From NCBI GenBank assembly GCA_025929365.1, contig JAICMG010000003.1:507-64506 (forward strand): 64,000 nucleotides of DNA, written 5' to 3'. The notes under the pieces are model-generated. The model was given only the letters and a program-made list of their open reading frames with translations, was not told where the DNA came from and ran no database searches. This document shows positions 1 to 8,952 of this stretch, one piece after another (position 1 is the stretch's first letter; every line of letters begins with the position of its first letter). The translations under genes and the position numbers were made by a program. The stretch comes from Frankiaceae bacterium (GTDB lineage Bacteria > Actinomycetota > Actinomycetes > JAFAQI01).

Positions 1-1110
1 CACCCCGACGTTGGTGATCGTGATCGTGCCGCGCTGCATGTCCGCCGGAGCCGTCTTGCCCTCACGCGCGGTCGCGACAAGCGCATCAAGCGCGCCCGCG
101 AGCTGCGGCAGCGACAACGAACCAGCGTCTTTGATGTTCGGCACGATCAGACCACGAGGCGTCGCAGCGGCAATGCCCAGGTTCACGTAGTCCTTGACGA
201 CGATCTCCTGCGCCTCGTCATCCCACGATGAGTTGATCATCGGATGCCGGCGTACGGCGAGGATCAACGCTCGCGCGACGAGCAACAGCGGCGAGACCTT
301 CACTCCGGTGAAGTCCGGATAGTTGCGCAGCCGCCGCGCGAGGTTCATCGTCTCCGTCACGTCGACCGTGACCCACTCGGTGACATGCGGCGCGGTGAAT
401 GCGCTTTGCACCATCGCGGTCGCGGTCGCCTTGCGCACGCCCTTGATCGGGATCCGCTGCTCACGCGTCGCGGAGTCAAAGTCGGGCCGAGCCCGCGCGG
501 AGGCGGCGTACGCCGGTGCAGCGCCGACCGCCCCACCGGCTCCCGCGGCGGCCTGCACGTCGGCGCGCGTGACCGTGCCGTTGGGGCCGCTGCCGCCGAC
601 GCCACGCAGGTCGACGCCGAGATCCCGGGCGAGCTTGCGGACCGGCGGCTTGGCCAGCACGTGGACGTCGGCCGGCTCTGCCGCGCGAATCGGCATGGAC
701 GTGGCGGCCCCAGCCGCCTGCTTGCGGGGACGACGAGTGAGCTTGCCCGCCTTCGGCCCGCTGCCGACCAGGACCTCGATCTTCTCCTCCGTGTCGACCT
801 TCGGAGCAGAAGGCACCAGGTCTCCACCCTGGATCGCGGGAGCATCCGCCGTTGCCGTCGCATCGCCCCCACCGACCTCGAAGCTGATCAGCGGCAGCCC
901 GACGTCCACCGTTGCACCTTCCGCGTGGTGCAACGTGGTGACGACCCCGGCGTACGGCGAGGGGATCTCGACTGCAGCCTTTGCGGTCTCCACCTCCACG
1001 ATCGGCTGGTTCAGCGTGACGGTGTCGCCCTCGGCGACGAGCCAATGCAGGATCTCCGCCTCGGTCAGCCCTTCCCCGAGGTCCGGCAGCAGGAAGTCCT
1101 TGGTTGCCAT
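1..1110 (-). CDS. Dihydrolipoamide acyltransferase (E2) of a branched-chain 2-oxoacid/pyruvate dehydrogenase complex; partial, C-terminus beyond window edge
   Basis: Reverse translation from the ATG at 1108-1110 reads MATKDFLLPDLGEGLTEAEILHWLVAEGDTVTLNQPIVEVETAKA (lipoyl domain), then an E3-binding and catalytic domain. The ORF runs off the window, so it is absent from the ORF track. It is the third gene of the E1a-E1b-E2 operon. Confidence 0.85.
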   Translation of the reverse strand, partial: MATKDFLLPDLGEGLTEAEILHWLVAEGDTVTLNQPIVEVETAKAAVEIPSPYAGVVTTLHHAEGATVDVGLPLISFEVGGGDATATADAPAIQGGDLVPSAPKVDTEEKIEVLVGSGPKAGKLTRRPRKQAAGAATSMPIRAAEPADVHVLAKPPVRKLARDLGVDLRGVGGSGPNGTVTRADVQAAAGAGGAVGAAPAYAASARARPDFDSATREQRIPIKGVRKATATAMVQSAFTAPHVTEWVTVDVTETMNLARRLRNYPDFTGVKVSPLLLVARALILAVRRHPMINSSWDDEAQEIVVKDYVNLGIAAATPRGLIVPNIKDAGSLSLPQLAGALDALVATAREGKTAPADMQRGTITITNVGV

Positions 1111-1126
1111 CAGACGCAGCCCGCCA

Positions 1127-2101
1127 TCAGAAGCCGATCGCCCGGTCTACGGCGTCGAGCACACGATCGAGGTCGGGCAGGTAGTCCTCCTCGATCCGCG
1201 ACGCCGGGTACGGCGTGGAGTACCCACCGACGCGCAGCACCGGCGACTCCAGGGAGTAGAAGCACTGCTCGGTCACGCGCGCGGCGACCTCGGCAGCCAA
1301 TGAGACGTACACCGGTGCCTCCGCGACGACGATCGCGTGACCGGTCTTGCGCGCGGAGGTGAACACGGTCTCCCAGTCGATCGGTGACAAGGCGCGCAGG
1401 TCGACGACTTCGAGCTCGCGTCCTTCCTCGGCGGCGGCAGCCGACGCTTCGAGGCAGGTGCGCACGCTCGGCCCGTAGGTGATCAGGGTCGCATCGGTAC
1501 CCGACCGGGCGATGCGCGCCGACCAGAGGTCGGCGGGGCTGGAGTCGGTGTCAACCTCGGCCTTGTCCCAGTACCGGCGCTTGGGCTCGAAGAAGACGAT
1601 CGGGTCGTCGCAGGCCACGGCCTGCTGGATCATCCAGTACGCGTCGGCCGGATTCGAGCACGTCACGACCTTCAAGCCGGGCGTGTGCGCGAAGTACGCC
1701 TCCGGGGACTCGCTGTGATGCTCGACAGCACCGATGCCGCCGCCGTACGGGATGCGGATCGTGATCGGCAGCTTCACGTTGCCCGACGAGCGGTAGTGCA
1801 TCTTCGCAACCTGCGTGACGATCTGGTCGAACGCCGGGAAGACGAAGCCGTCGAACTGGATCTCGCAAACCGGCCGAAAGCCTCGGATCGACAACCCGAC
1901 CGCCGTTCCGATGATCCCGGACTCGGCGAGTGGGGTGTCGATGACGCGATCCTCCCCGAAGTCCTTCGAGAGGCCGTCGGTGACCCGGAAGACCCCGCCG
2001 AGCTGCCCCACGTCCTCGCCCATGACGAGAACCTTCGGGTCGTTCTCCATGGCCTTGCGAAGGCCCTCGTTGAGGGCCTTCGCAAGTGTCAACGTCGCCA
2101 T
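1127..2101 (-). CDS. 2-oxoacid dehydrogenase E1 component beta subunit (BCKDH/PDH E1-beta)
   Basis: MATLTLAKALNEGLRKAMENDPKVLVMGEDVG...; transketolase-like beta subunit motifs. The ATG at 2099-2101 overlaps the E1-alpha stop (TGATG). Confidence 0.9.
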   Translation of the reverse strand: MATLTLAKALNEGLRKAMENDPKVLVMGEDVGQLGGVFRVTDGLSKDFGEDRVIDTPLAESGIIGTAVGLSIRGFRPVCEIQFDGFVFPAFDQIVTQVAKMHYRSSGNVKLPITIRIPYGGGIGAVEHHSESPEAYFAHTPGLKVVTCSNPADAYWMIQQAVACDDPIVFFEPKRRYWDKAEVDTDSSPADLWSARIARSGTDATLITYGPSVRTCLEASAAAAEEGRELEVVDLRALSPIDWETVFTSARKTGHAIVVAEAPVYVSLAAEVAARVTEQCFYSLESPVLRVGGYSTPYPASRIEEDYLPDLDRVLDAVDRAIGF

Positions 2102-3276
2102 CAGTGGGCTCCGACGTTCAACTTCGCCGCAGCCGGTGACTCGCCCTCGAAGGAGGCGAGGTACGCCGCCATGCCGGCGCGTTCCTCGTCGAGCAACGAG
2201 GAGCCACCGGCGTACACGTGGTCGAACAGCGACAGCGGCTCGGGGTCGGCCATCTCGATGCACGCGGCGCGAACATGCGCGGCCAGCTCATCGGCAGCGG
2301 CGCTGACGTCCGCGAAGAAGCTCGCGTCCGCAACGCCGTGTCGCGACAGGTAGGCCTTGACCCGCTCGACCGGGTCCTTCAGCTTCCACGTCTCGAGATC
2401 GGCGGCCAGCCGGTAGCGGCTCGGATCGTCCGATGTGGTGTGCGGTGCCATGCGATACGTGTAGGCCTCCACGAGCGAGGGCCCGCTGCCCTCTCGTGCC
2501 CGCGCCAGTGCGGCCCGCGTCACGGCGAGCACCGCGAGGACGTCGTTGCCGTCGACGCGCACACCCGGAAAGCCGAAGCCCTCGGCGCGGCGATACAGCG
2601 GGATGTGGCTCTGCCGTTCGACCGGCTCCGAGATCGCCCACTGGTTGTTCTGGCAGAAGAAGACGATGGGCGCGTTGAACGAGCCCGCCCAGACGAACGC
2701 CTCGTTCACGTCGCCCTGACTTGTGGCGCCATCACCGAAGAACGCCATCGCGGCGCCGTCACCACCGTCGCGCTGAATCCCCATCGCGTAGCCGGTCGCG
2801 TGCAGCGTCTGGGAGCCGATCACGATCGTGTAGAGGCCGAAGCCGTTCTCGTTGGGGTCCCACCCGCCCTGGCTCGCGCCTCGGAACAGGCCGAGCAGGG
2901 TGACCGGGTCGACGCCCTTGCAGTACGCGACGCCATGCTCGCGGTAGGTCGGAAAGGCGAAGTCGCGCTCGGTGAGCGCTCGGCCCGCCCCAACCTGGGC
3001 AGCCTCCTGGCCGAGCAGGCTGGCCCAGAGCCCGAGCTGGCCCTGCCGCTGCAACGCGGTCGCCTCGGTATCGATGCGGCGGACCATGACGAGGTCCCGG
3101 TAGAGGCTCTTGATCTCGTCGTCGGAGATGTCGAGGGCGTAGTCCGGATGCTCGACCCGCTGACCCTCCGGGGTCAGCAGCTGGACGAAGCCCGGGCCCT
3201 CCGATGGCTGCGGTAGCAGCACTTCAGTCACGGTGCACTCCTTGTGGGAATCCACTGCCATCGTGGCACGCACCAA
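2101..3276 (-). CDS. 2-oxoacid dehydrogenase E1 component alpha subunit (TPP-dependent)
   Basis: E1-alpha family sequence (…YREHGVAYCKGVDP…, GDGATSQGDVNEA TPP motif). The start could be 3276 or 3261. Confidence 0.88.
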   Translation of the reverse strand: MVRATMAVDSHKECTVTEVLLPQPSEGPGFVQLLTPEGQRVEHPDYALDISDDEIKSLYRDLVMVRRIDTEATALQRQGQLGLWASLLGQEAAQVGAGRALTERDFAFPTYREHGVAYCKGVDPVTLLGLFRGASQGGWDPNENGFGLYTIVIGSQTLHATGYAMGIQRDGGDGAAMAFFGDGATSQGDVNEAFVWAGSFNAPIVFFCQNNQWAISEPVERQSHIPLYRRAEGFGFPGVRVDGNDVLAVLAVTRAALARAREGSGPSLVEAYTYRMAPHTTSDDPSRYRLAADLETWKLKDPVERVKAYLSRHGVADASFFADVSAAADELAAHVRAACIEMADPEPLSLFDHVYAGGSSLLDEERAGMAAYLASFEGESPAAAKLNVGAH

Positions 3277-3370
3277 CCCACGTGGCTATGTGCCGTTCCC
3301 ACACTGGTCGCCGGCGACGGCGGGGATCGCCATCGATGACCGCCGGTTCGACTTCGCCTACGCTTCCGCC

Positions 3371-3817
3371 GTGGACGCTTGGGTGCTCTGGGTCATCGCG
3401 GCCGCCGCGCTGGCTGTCGCCGAGGTGCTGACGCTGACCTTCGTGCTCGCCATGTTCGCCGCGGGATGTGGCGCGGCCGCACTCGCCGCGGGGCAGGGCG
3501 GCTCGGGCGCCGTGCAATGGATCGTCTTCGGCGTCACCGACGTCCTCCTGCTCGGGGGGTTGCTCCCGGTGGCACGCCGCCATCTGCGGACGCCCTCCGA
3601 GCTCAAGTCGGGGGCTGCCCGACTGATCGGCGAGCGGGCGATGTCGCTGACGGTGATCACCACCGCCGAAGGGGGCAGGGTGAAGCTCGCCGGCAACGAG
3701 TGGAGCGCTCGGCCGTACGCCGACGGCATGGTGATACCCGCCGGTCTATGGGTCGAGGTTGTGAAGATCGACGGTGCGACCGCCCTGGTCCAACCGACCG
3801 TCGCTCCGACGTCTTAG
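3371..3817 (+). CDS. NfeD-family membrane protein (partner of SPFH/stomatin protein)
   Basis: Two N-terminal TM helices, then a C-terminal OB-fold-like segment. Sits directly upstream of and coupled to a band-7 gene. The start is uncertain (GTG at 3371; the track ORF opens at 3233). Confidence 0.6.
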   Translation: MDAWVLWVIAAAALAVAEVLTLTFVLAMFAAGCGAAALAAGQGGSGAVQWIVFGVTDVLLLGGLLPVARRHLRTPSELKSGAARLIGERAMSLTVITTAEGGRVKLAGNEWSARPYADGMVIPAGLWVEVVKIDGATALVQPTVAPTS

Positions 3818-3827
3818 GGGGACCACC

Positions 3828-4718
3828 GTGAACGCAGGGCTCATCGTCGCGATCATCATCATCGCGATCGTCATCATCCCGCTGTTGCGCTCGATCCGGA
3901 TCGTGCCGCAGGCCCGGGCCGGCGTCATCGAGCGGTTGGGCCGCTACAGCCGCACCGTCAACGCGGGCATCGCGATCGTGTTTCCGTTCGTCGACCGGCT
4001 ACGACCTCTCATCGACCTGCGCGAGCAGGTGGTCAGCTTCCCGCCACAGCCGGTGATCACGTCTGACAACCTGGTCGTCAACATCGACACCGTCATCTAT
4101 TTCACGGTCACCGATCCGCGCGCCGCGACGTATGAGATTGCCAACTACCTCCAGGCGATCGAGCAGCTCACCGTCACGACATTGCGCAACGTGATCGGTG
4201 GAATGGACCTTGAGGCCACGCTGACGAGCCGCGACCAGATCAACGGGCAGCTGCGCGGCGTGCTCGACGATGCGACCGGCCAATGGGGAATCCGCGTCAA
4301 CCGCGTCGAGATCAAGGCGATCGACCCGCCGGACTCCATCAAGGAGGCCATGGAGAAGCAGATGCGCGCCGACCGCGAGAAGCGCGCCGTGATCCTCACC
4401 GCCGAGGGCACGAAGCAGTCGCAGATCCTCAACGCTGAAGGCGAGAAGCAGGCGGCGATCCTTTCCGCGCAGGGCCAGCGAGAGGCCGAGATCCTCCGCG
4501 CCGAGGGCCAGGCGAAGGCGATCGAGACCGTCTTCGGCGCGATTCACGCGGGCAACCCGGACCCGGCGCTGCTCGCCTACCAGTACCTCGAGTCGCTACC
4601 CAAGGTCGCGTCGTACGGCAACACCGTGATCGTCGTACCGAGCGAGCTGACCACCGCGATGCAGACGATCGCCAACGGCTTCGGCCGCGGCAACGACGGG
4701 CAGCACGCGGCGAGCTGA
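3828..4718 (+). CDS. SPFH/band 7 (stomatin/prohibitin-like) membrane protein
   Basis: N-terminal TM (LIVAIIIIAIVIIPLL) followed by a band-7 domain and a coiled-coil EAEGEKQAAILSAQGQREAEILRAEGQ. The RBS gggggacc precedes the GTG at 3828. Confidence 0.8.
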   Translation: MNAGLIVAIIIIAIVIIPLLRSIRIVPQARAGVIERLGRYSRTVNAGIAIVFPFVDRLRPLIDLREQVVSFPPQPVITSDNLVVNIDTVIYFTVTDPRAATYEIANYLQAIEQLTVTTLRNVIGGMDLEATLTSRDQINGQLRGVLDDATGQWGIRVNRVEIKAIDPPDSIKEAMEKQMRADREKRAVILTAEGTKQSQILNAEGEKQAAILSAQGQREAEILRAEGQAKAIETVFGAIHAGNPDPALLAYQYLESLPKVASYGNTVIVVPSELTTAMQTIANGFGRGNDGQHAAS

Positions 4719-4743
4719 CCGCCGGCCGGTACCGTCATTCGGG

Positions 4744-5667
4744 ATGGCTGGCGACACTTTCGACGCGAGAACGTGGGCGACGCGACTCGGTCGCGTCGGC
4801 GTCTGGACCGGCCAGCTCGACTACTCCGCTGCCGACGTCGTGCGCGAAGCGGCCCGCGAGATCGAGGCCTCGGGATACCGCGCGATTTGGACCGGGGAGG
4901 CCGTCGGGCGCGAGGTGTTGACCGCGGCTCAGCTTCTCCTCGCGTCGACCGACTCACTCGTCGTCGCGACCGGCATCGCCAACGTCTGGGCCCGGGACGC
5001 GCTGGCCACCGCAGCGGGTCAGCTCGCCCTCGGCGAGGCCTATCCCGACCGCTTCGTGCTCGGCATCGGTGTGTCGCACAAGCCGCTGCTCGACGTGCGC
5101 GGCGAGGACTACCGCACGCCGCTGACGTTCATGCGTGACTACCTCGACGGCATGGACTCCGCGTACGGCGTGTACCGCGCAGTACCTCCGGCCGCGCGGC
5201 CGCCGCGACTGCTCGCCGCACTCGGCCCGAAGATGGTGGCGCTGGCCGCCGAACGGGCAGACGGGGCGCACACGTACTTCGTCCCGCCCGAGCACACCGC
5301 CGTCGCCCGCGAGATTCTCGGCCCGAACCGGTTGCTGGTCCCCGAGCAGGTCTGCGTGCTGTCCGACGACGCCACCGTCGCGCGGGAGATCGCGCGCCGC
5401 CACACGACGTCGTACCTACGCCTGCCCAACTACACGACCAACCTGCAGCGGTTCGGATTCGAGCCGGCGGACTTCGCCGACGGCGGCAACGACCGGCTGG
5501 TCGACACGATCTGTGTGTGGGGTTCGATCGATGCCGTGGCCGCGCGAGTCAAGGCGCACCTCGATGCGGGCGCCGATCACGTCGCCGTGCAAGTTCTGGT
5601 CGACGATCGCCGTGGCCTTCCCCGCCAGGAATGGGCCGAGCTGGCACCGGCGTTGTTGGCCCTATGA
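4744..5667 (+). CDS. LLM-class F420-dependent oxidoreductase (luciferase-like monooxygenase family)
   Basis: Luciferase-like TIM-barrel sequence typical of the actinobacterial F420-dependent LLM family. The stop overlaps the next start (ATGA). Confidence 0.75.
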   Translation: MAGDTFDARTWATRLGRVGVWTGQLDYSAADVVREAAREIEASGYRAIWTGEAVGREVLTAAQLLLASTDSLVVATGIANVWARDALATAAGQLALGEAYPDRFVLGIGVSHKPLLDVRGEDYRTPLTFMRDYLDGMDSAYGVYRAVPPAARPPRLLAALGPKMVALAAERADGAHTYFVPPEHTAVAREILGPNRLLVPEQVCVLSDDATVAREIARRHTTSYLRLPNYTTNLQRFGFEPADFADGGNDRLVDTICVWGSIDAVAARVKAHLDAGADHVAVQVLVDDRRGLPRQEWAELAPALLAL

Positions 5668-6479
5668 GCGCGTTCGAAAAGGCGACCGCGATCCGGCGGC
5701 GCGGCGAGTCCCCGCAGTACGACGTGGAACTCGACCCGGGCTGGAACATCGGCGACAAGCCGAACGGCGGCTACCTGCTCGCGCTCCTGGCGCGCGCCGC
5801 CTGTGACGTGGTCGGCACCGAACACCCGCTTGCCGTGACGGCGCACTATCTGCGCGCACCGGACTCCGGCCCTGCCGAGGTCCGGACCGAGGTGATCCGA
5901 AGTGGCCGCCGTGCGTCGACCTCGCGGGCGGTCTTGTGGCAGGACGACAAGCCGTTCATCGACGCGACGGTGACGAGTGGACGCCTGAATGCGGTTGCCC
6001 CGGACTGGGTCGAGGGCGGACCGGCGGGCATGCCTTCACCGGAGGAGTGCGACGGAAGAGGAAATCCGAACTTTCCGATCTCGCTGTTCGACAACGTCGA
6101 CATGCGCGTCGATCCGGCGACCATCGCCTTCGATCTAGAGACGGGTAAGCCGATCCCGAACGGCACGCCCGCGGAACGCTATTGGTTCCGCCTTCGAGAC
6201 GGCGCGGAGCCTGACGTCATGTCGCTGCTGATCGCCGTGGACTGCGCATTTCCCACCGTGTTCCACCTCGGTCGCTTCGGCTGGGCACCGACGGTCGAGC
6301 TCAGCGTTCTGCTGCGCGGCATTCCGGCGCCGGGCTGGCTCGCATGTGAAGCCCACACCCGACTCGTCGCGGACGGGTGGTTCGACGAGGAGGCGTCCGT
6401 GTGGGACTCCACCGGGCGGCTGGTCGCCCAGTCGCGCCAGCTGGCCCTGGCGGGCGGCGACCCTCCGAAGTCGTCGTGA
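5664..6479 (+). CDS. Acyl-CoA thioesterase family protein (hotdog fold)
   Basis: Thioesterase-like hotdog sequence. The ATG at 5664 is verified in the sequence. Confidence 0.6.
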   Translation: MSAFEKATAIRRRGESPQYDVELDPGWNIGDKPNGGYLLALLARAACDVVGTEHPLAVTAHYLRAPDSGPAEVRTEVIRSGRRASTSRAVLWQDDKPFIDATVTSGRLNAVAPDWVEGGPAGMPSPEECDGRGNPNFPISLFDNVDMRVDPATIAFDLETGKPIPNGTPAERYWFRLRDGAEPDVMSLLIAVDCAFPTVFHLGRFGWAPTVELSVLLRGIPAPGWLACEAHTRLVADGWFDEEASVWDSTGRLVAQSRQLALAGGDPPKSS

Positions 6480-7123
6480 TAGACGACCCCGCCGCCGCCG
6501 CGCCGGTTCGTATCGACCCCGCGCGCAAGAAGATCGCCGACGACGCCAAGGGCTTCATGCCAGACGCCGAGGCAGAGGCGTTGTACGACGCCGCGTGGGC
6601 GATGGCGTCATACGGTCCGATCCTCGAGATCGGGACCTACTGCGGGAAGTCGGCGACCTGGCTAGGTGCCGCGGCGGAAGCGCGCGGTGGTCAGGTCGTG
6701 ACCGTCGACCACCATCGCGGATCCGAAGAGAACCAGGCGGGATGGGAGCACCACGACACCGATCTCGTCGACCCGACCGTGGGACTGATGGACACCCTCC
6801 CGTTCTTCCGCAGGACGATGCACGCCGCTGGGCTCGAGGATGTCGTGACCGCTGTGATTGCGCGGAGCCGGACGGCTGCGGCACTTTGGTCGACGCCGCT
6901 GGCGATGTTGTTCATCGACGGCGGCCACGCCGAGGAGCATGCGCAGGCCGACTACGCCAACTGGTCGGGTTTCGTGATGGCGGACGGCGTCCTTGCGATC
7001 CACGATGTCTTTCCCGATCCCGCCGATGGCGGGCAAGCTCCGTTCCACATCTATGAGCGAGCGATCCGCGAGGGCTTCCGCGAAGTCCGCGTCGTCGGAA
7101 GTCTGCGCGTCCTCCGCCGGTAG
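6473..7123 (+). CDS. Class I SAM-dependent methyltransferase (O-methyltransferase family 3-like)
   Basis: ILEIGTYCGKSATWL SAM-binding motif. The GTG at 6473 overlaps the upstream stop (GTGA). Confidence 0.7.
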   Translation, partial: VVIDDPAAAAPVRIDPARKKIADDAKGFMPDAEAEALYDAAWAMASYGPILEIGTYCGKSATWLGAAAEARGGQVVTVDHHRGSEENQAGWEHHDTDLVDPTVGLMDTLPFFRRTMHAAGLEDVVTAVIARSRTAAALWSTPLAMLFIDGGHAEEHAQADYANWSGFVMADGVLAIHDVFPDPADGGQAPFHIYERAIREGFREVRVVGSLRVLRR

Positions 7124-7311
7124 CACCACAAATCGGGGCATACGCCGCGGAAACCGCTTCGCCTGGTGCACACGAGCTAGTGCGCCATGAGCATTCGGGG
7201 CTATTACCAGCAGAGCAGGATGACACTAGTCCGCTATTCAGATCGACGTGCGGTTGACGACATGCTTGCCGATGGTGGCCACCCCAGCGGGCCACGCAGC
7301 GGGAGGGCATC

Positions 7312-8937
7312 GTGTCGAACTCTGGACGAACCACGCGCAGTATCTTCCGGCGCGTCGGCGCACTGCTGGCTTCCGGCGGTCTGATCGCCGGCGGTCTGAC
7401 CGCTGCGGCCGTCCCGGCATCGGCTAGCTCGCCGATCAATGTCATCGTCGAGGGCAGCTCTCCGGCCGGTCTCCAGACCTACATCGCGTTGGTCGGCGGA
7501 CACACCGTCACGCCGCTTCCGTTGGTCAACGGAGTCCTCGCGCAGGTCCCGTCGAGTCTTGCGCTCACGACGCTGCAGACCCTCGGCCTGGTCACGAGCC
7601 CTGACGCGCCCGTCGCGGTGGACGGCCTCGCCGGTGCGCTTCCTGCTACCGCGCCGGCACCGGCCAACACCTTCCCGGCAGCTACCGGCGCGACCAAGCT
7701 CGCGGCGCAGGGAGTCACCGGCACGGGGGTAGGTGTCGCGGTACTGGACACCGGTGTCGATGCGCTCCCTGATTTCGGCCGGCGTCTGCTCGGTGGCGTC
7801 GATCTGTCGGGCGGTAACAACCCGTTCCAGGACAGCTACGGTCACGGCACCTTCATCGCGGGCCTGATCGCCGCCGACGGCAGCTCCTCCTCCGGCGCCT
7901 ACACGGGTGAAGCGACCGACGCCAATCTCGTTTCGGTCAAGGTTGCCGGTGTCAGCGGCACCACCGACGTCGCGACGGTGATCCAGGGCATCACGTGGAC
8001 GCTCGCGAACCGCAATGCCTACGGCATCAAGGTTCTCAACATGTCCCTCGGCGAGGTGCCGACCGGACCCACGCAGCTCAATCCGCTCGACCAGGCGGTC
8101 GAGGCAGCCTGGCGGGCCGGCCTGACGGTCATCACGTCAGCCGGCAACAGTGGACCGGCGGCGGGCACGATCACCTCCCCAGGCGATGACCCCTATGTCA
8201 TTACCGTCGGCGCACTGAATGACCAGGCCACCGTGGCCGGCGGCGATGACAGCATCCCGTCGTTCAGCAGTGAGGGTCCGACCTCGGCGAACGGCTGGTT
8301 GAAGCCAGACCTCGTCGCTGCCGGCCGGTCGGTGGTCAGCCTGCGCGCGCCGGGTTCGTCGATCGACCGGAACTACCCGAGCGCTGAGGTCGGTACCAGC
8401 AACTTCGTGGGCTCCGGCACGTCGTTCTCAACAGCAATCACCAGCGGCGCCGCGGCGCTTGTCGCCGAGCAGAATCCGACGGCGACGCCCAACCAGATCA
8501 AGGCGCGACTGCTCGCGACTGCCACCCCGGGACCGACCGGCAGCGCCACCGTCGAGGGTCACGGCGATCTCGATGCGTACGACGCGGCTACCTGTCCGCC
8601 GGTCACGCTGTCCCAGAGCTTCAACTCGGTGGTCATGCCGGCCGCCCCTGGCGTCTCCATTCCGTTGCTCACGACATGGGCGGTGTCGGGCTGGAACCAG
8701 TTGAACTACAGTTCCGACGTCGCGTCAAACGCGTGGGACTCCAACGCCTGGGACTCCAACGCCTGGGACTCCAACGCCTGGGACTCCAACGCCTGGGACT
8801 CCAACGCCTGGGACTCCAACGCGTGGGACTCCAACGCGTGGGACTCCAACGCCTGGGACTCCAACGCGTGGGACTCCTCGGCCTGGAACTCAAACGCGTG
8901 GGATTCCAACGCCTGGGACTCCTCGACCTGGCAGTAG
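7312..8937 (+). CDS. Secreted S8-family serine peptidase (subtilisin-like) with a C-terminal SNAWD pentapeptide tandem-repeat tail
   Basis: Signal peptide present. Catalytic triad contexts are VLDTGVD (Asp), HGTFIAG (His) and GTSFSTA (Ser). The last ~70 aa are 14 five-residue repeats. Confidence 0.85.
   Translation: MSNSGRTTRSIFRRVGALLASGGLIAGGLTAAAVPASASSPINVIVEGSSPAGLQTYIALVGGHTVTPLPLVNGVLAQVPSSLALTTLQTLGLVTSPDAPVAVDGLAGALPATAPAPANTFPAATGATKLAAQGVTGTGVGVAVLDTGVDALPDFGRRLLGGVDLSGGNNPFQDSYGHGTFIAGLIAADGSSSSGAYTGEATDANLVSVKVAGVSGTTDVATVIQGITWTLANRNAYGIKVLNMSLGEVPTGPTQLNPLDQAVEAAWRAGLTVITSAGNSGPAAGTITSPGDDPYVITVGALNDQATVAGGDDSIPSFSSEGPTSANGWLKPDLVAAGRSVVSLRAPGSSIDRNYPSAEVGTSNFVGSGTSFSTAITSGAAALVAEQNPTATPNQIKARLLATATPGPTGSATVEGHGDLDAYDAATCPPVTLSQSFNSVVMPAAPGVSIPLLTTWAVSGWNQLNYSSDVASNAWDSNAWDSNAWDSNAWDSNAWDSNAWDSNAWDSNAWDSNAWDSNAWDSSAWNSNAWDSNAWDSSTWQ
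8725..8934 (+). repeat. Near-perfect 15-nt tandem repeat, 14 copies (tccaacgcctgggac), encoding (SNAWD)n at the C-terminus of the S8 peptidase
   Basis: Read directly from the sequence. The copies differ only at c/g wobble positions and in the last three units. Confidence 0.95.
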
Positions 8938-8952
8938 CGGACTGATGCGGAC

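Noticed and set aside
244-1362. Long plus-strand ORFs (244..1362, 323..1303) and minus-strand ORFs (357..872, 476..1045) at the left edge
   Set aside because: Arg/Ala/Pro-rich GC-frame artefacts lying antisense or out of frame to the real minus-strand E2 acyltransferase gene, which runs off the window edge.
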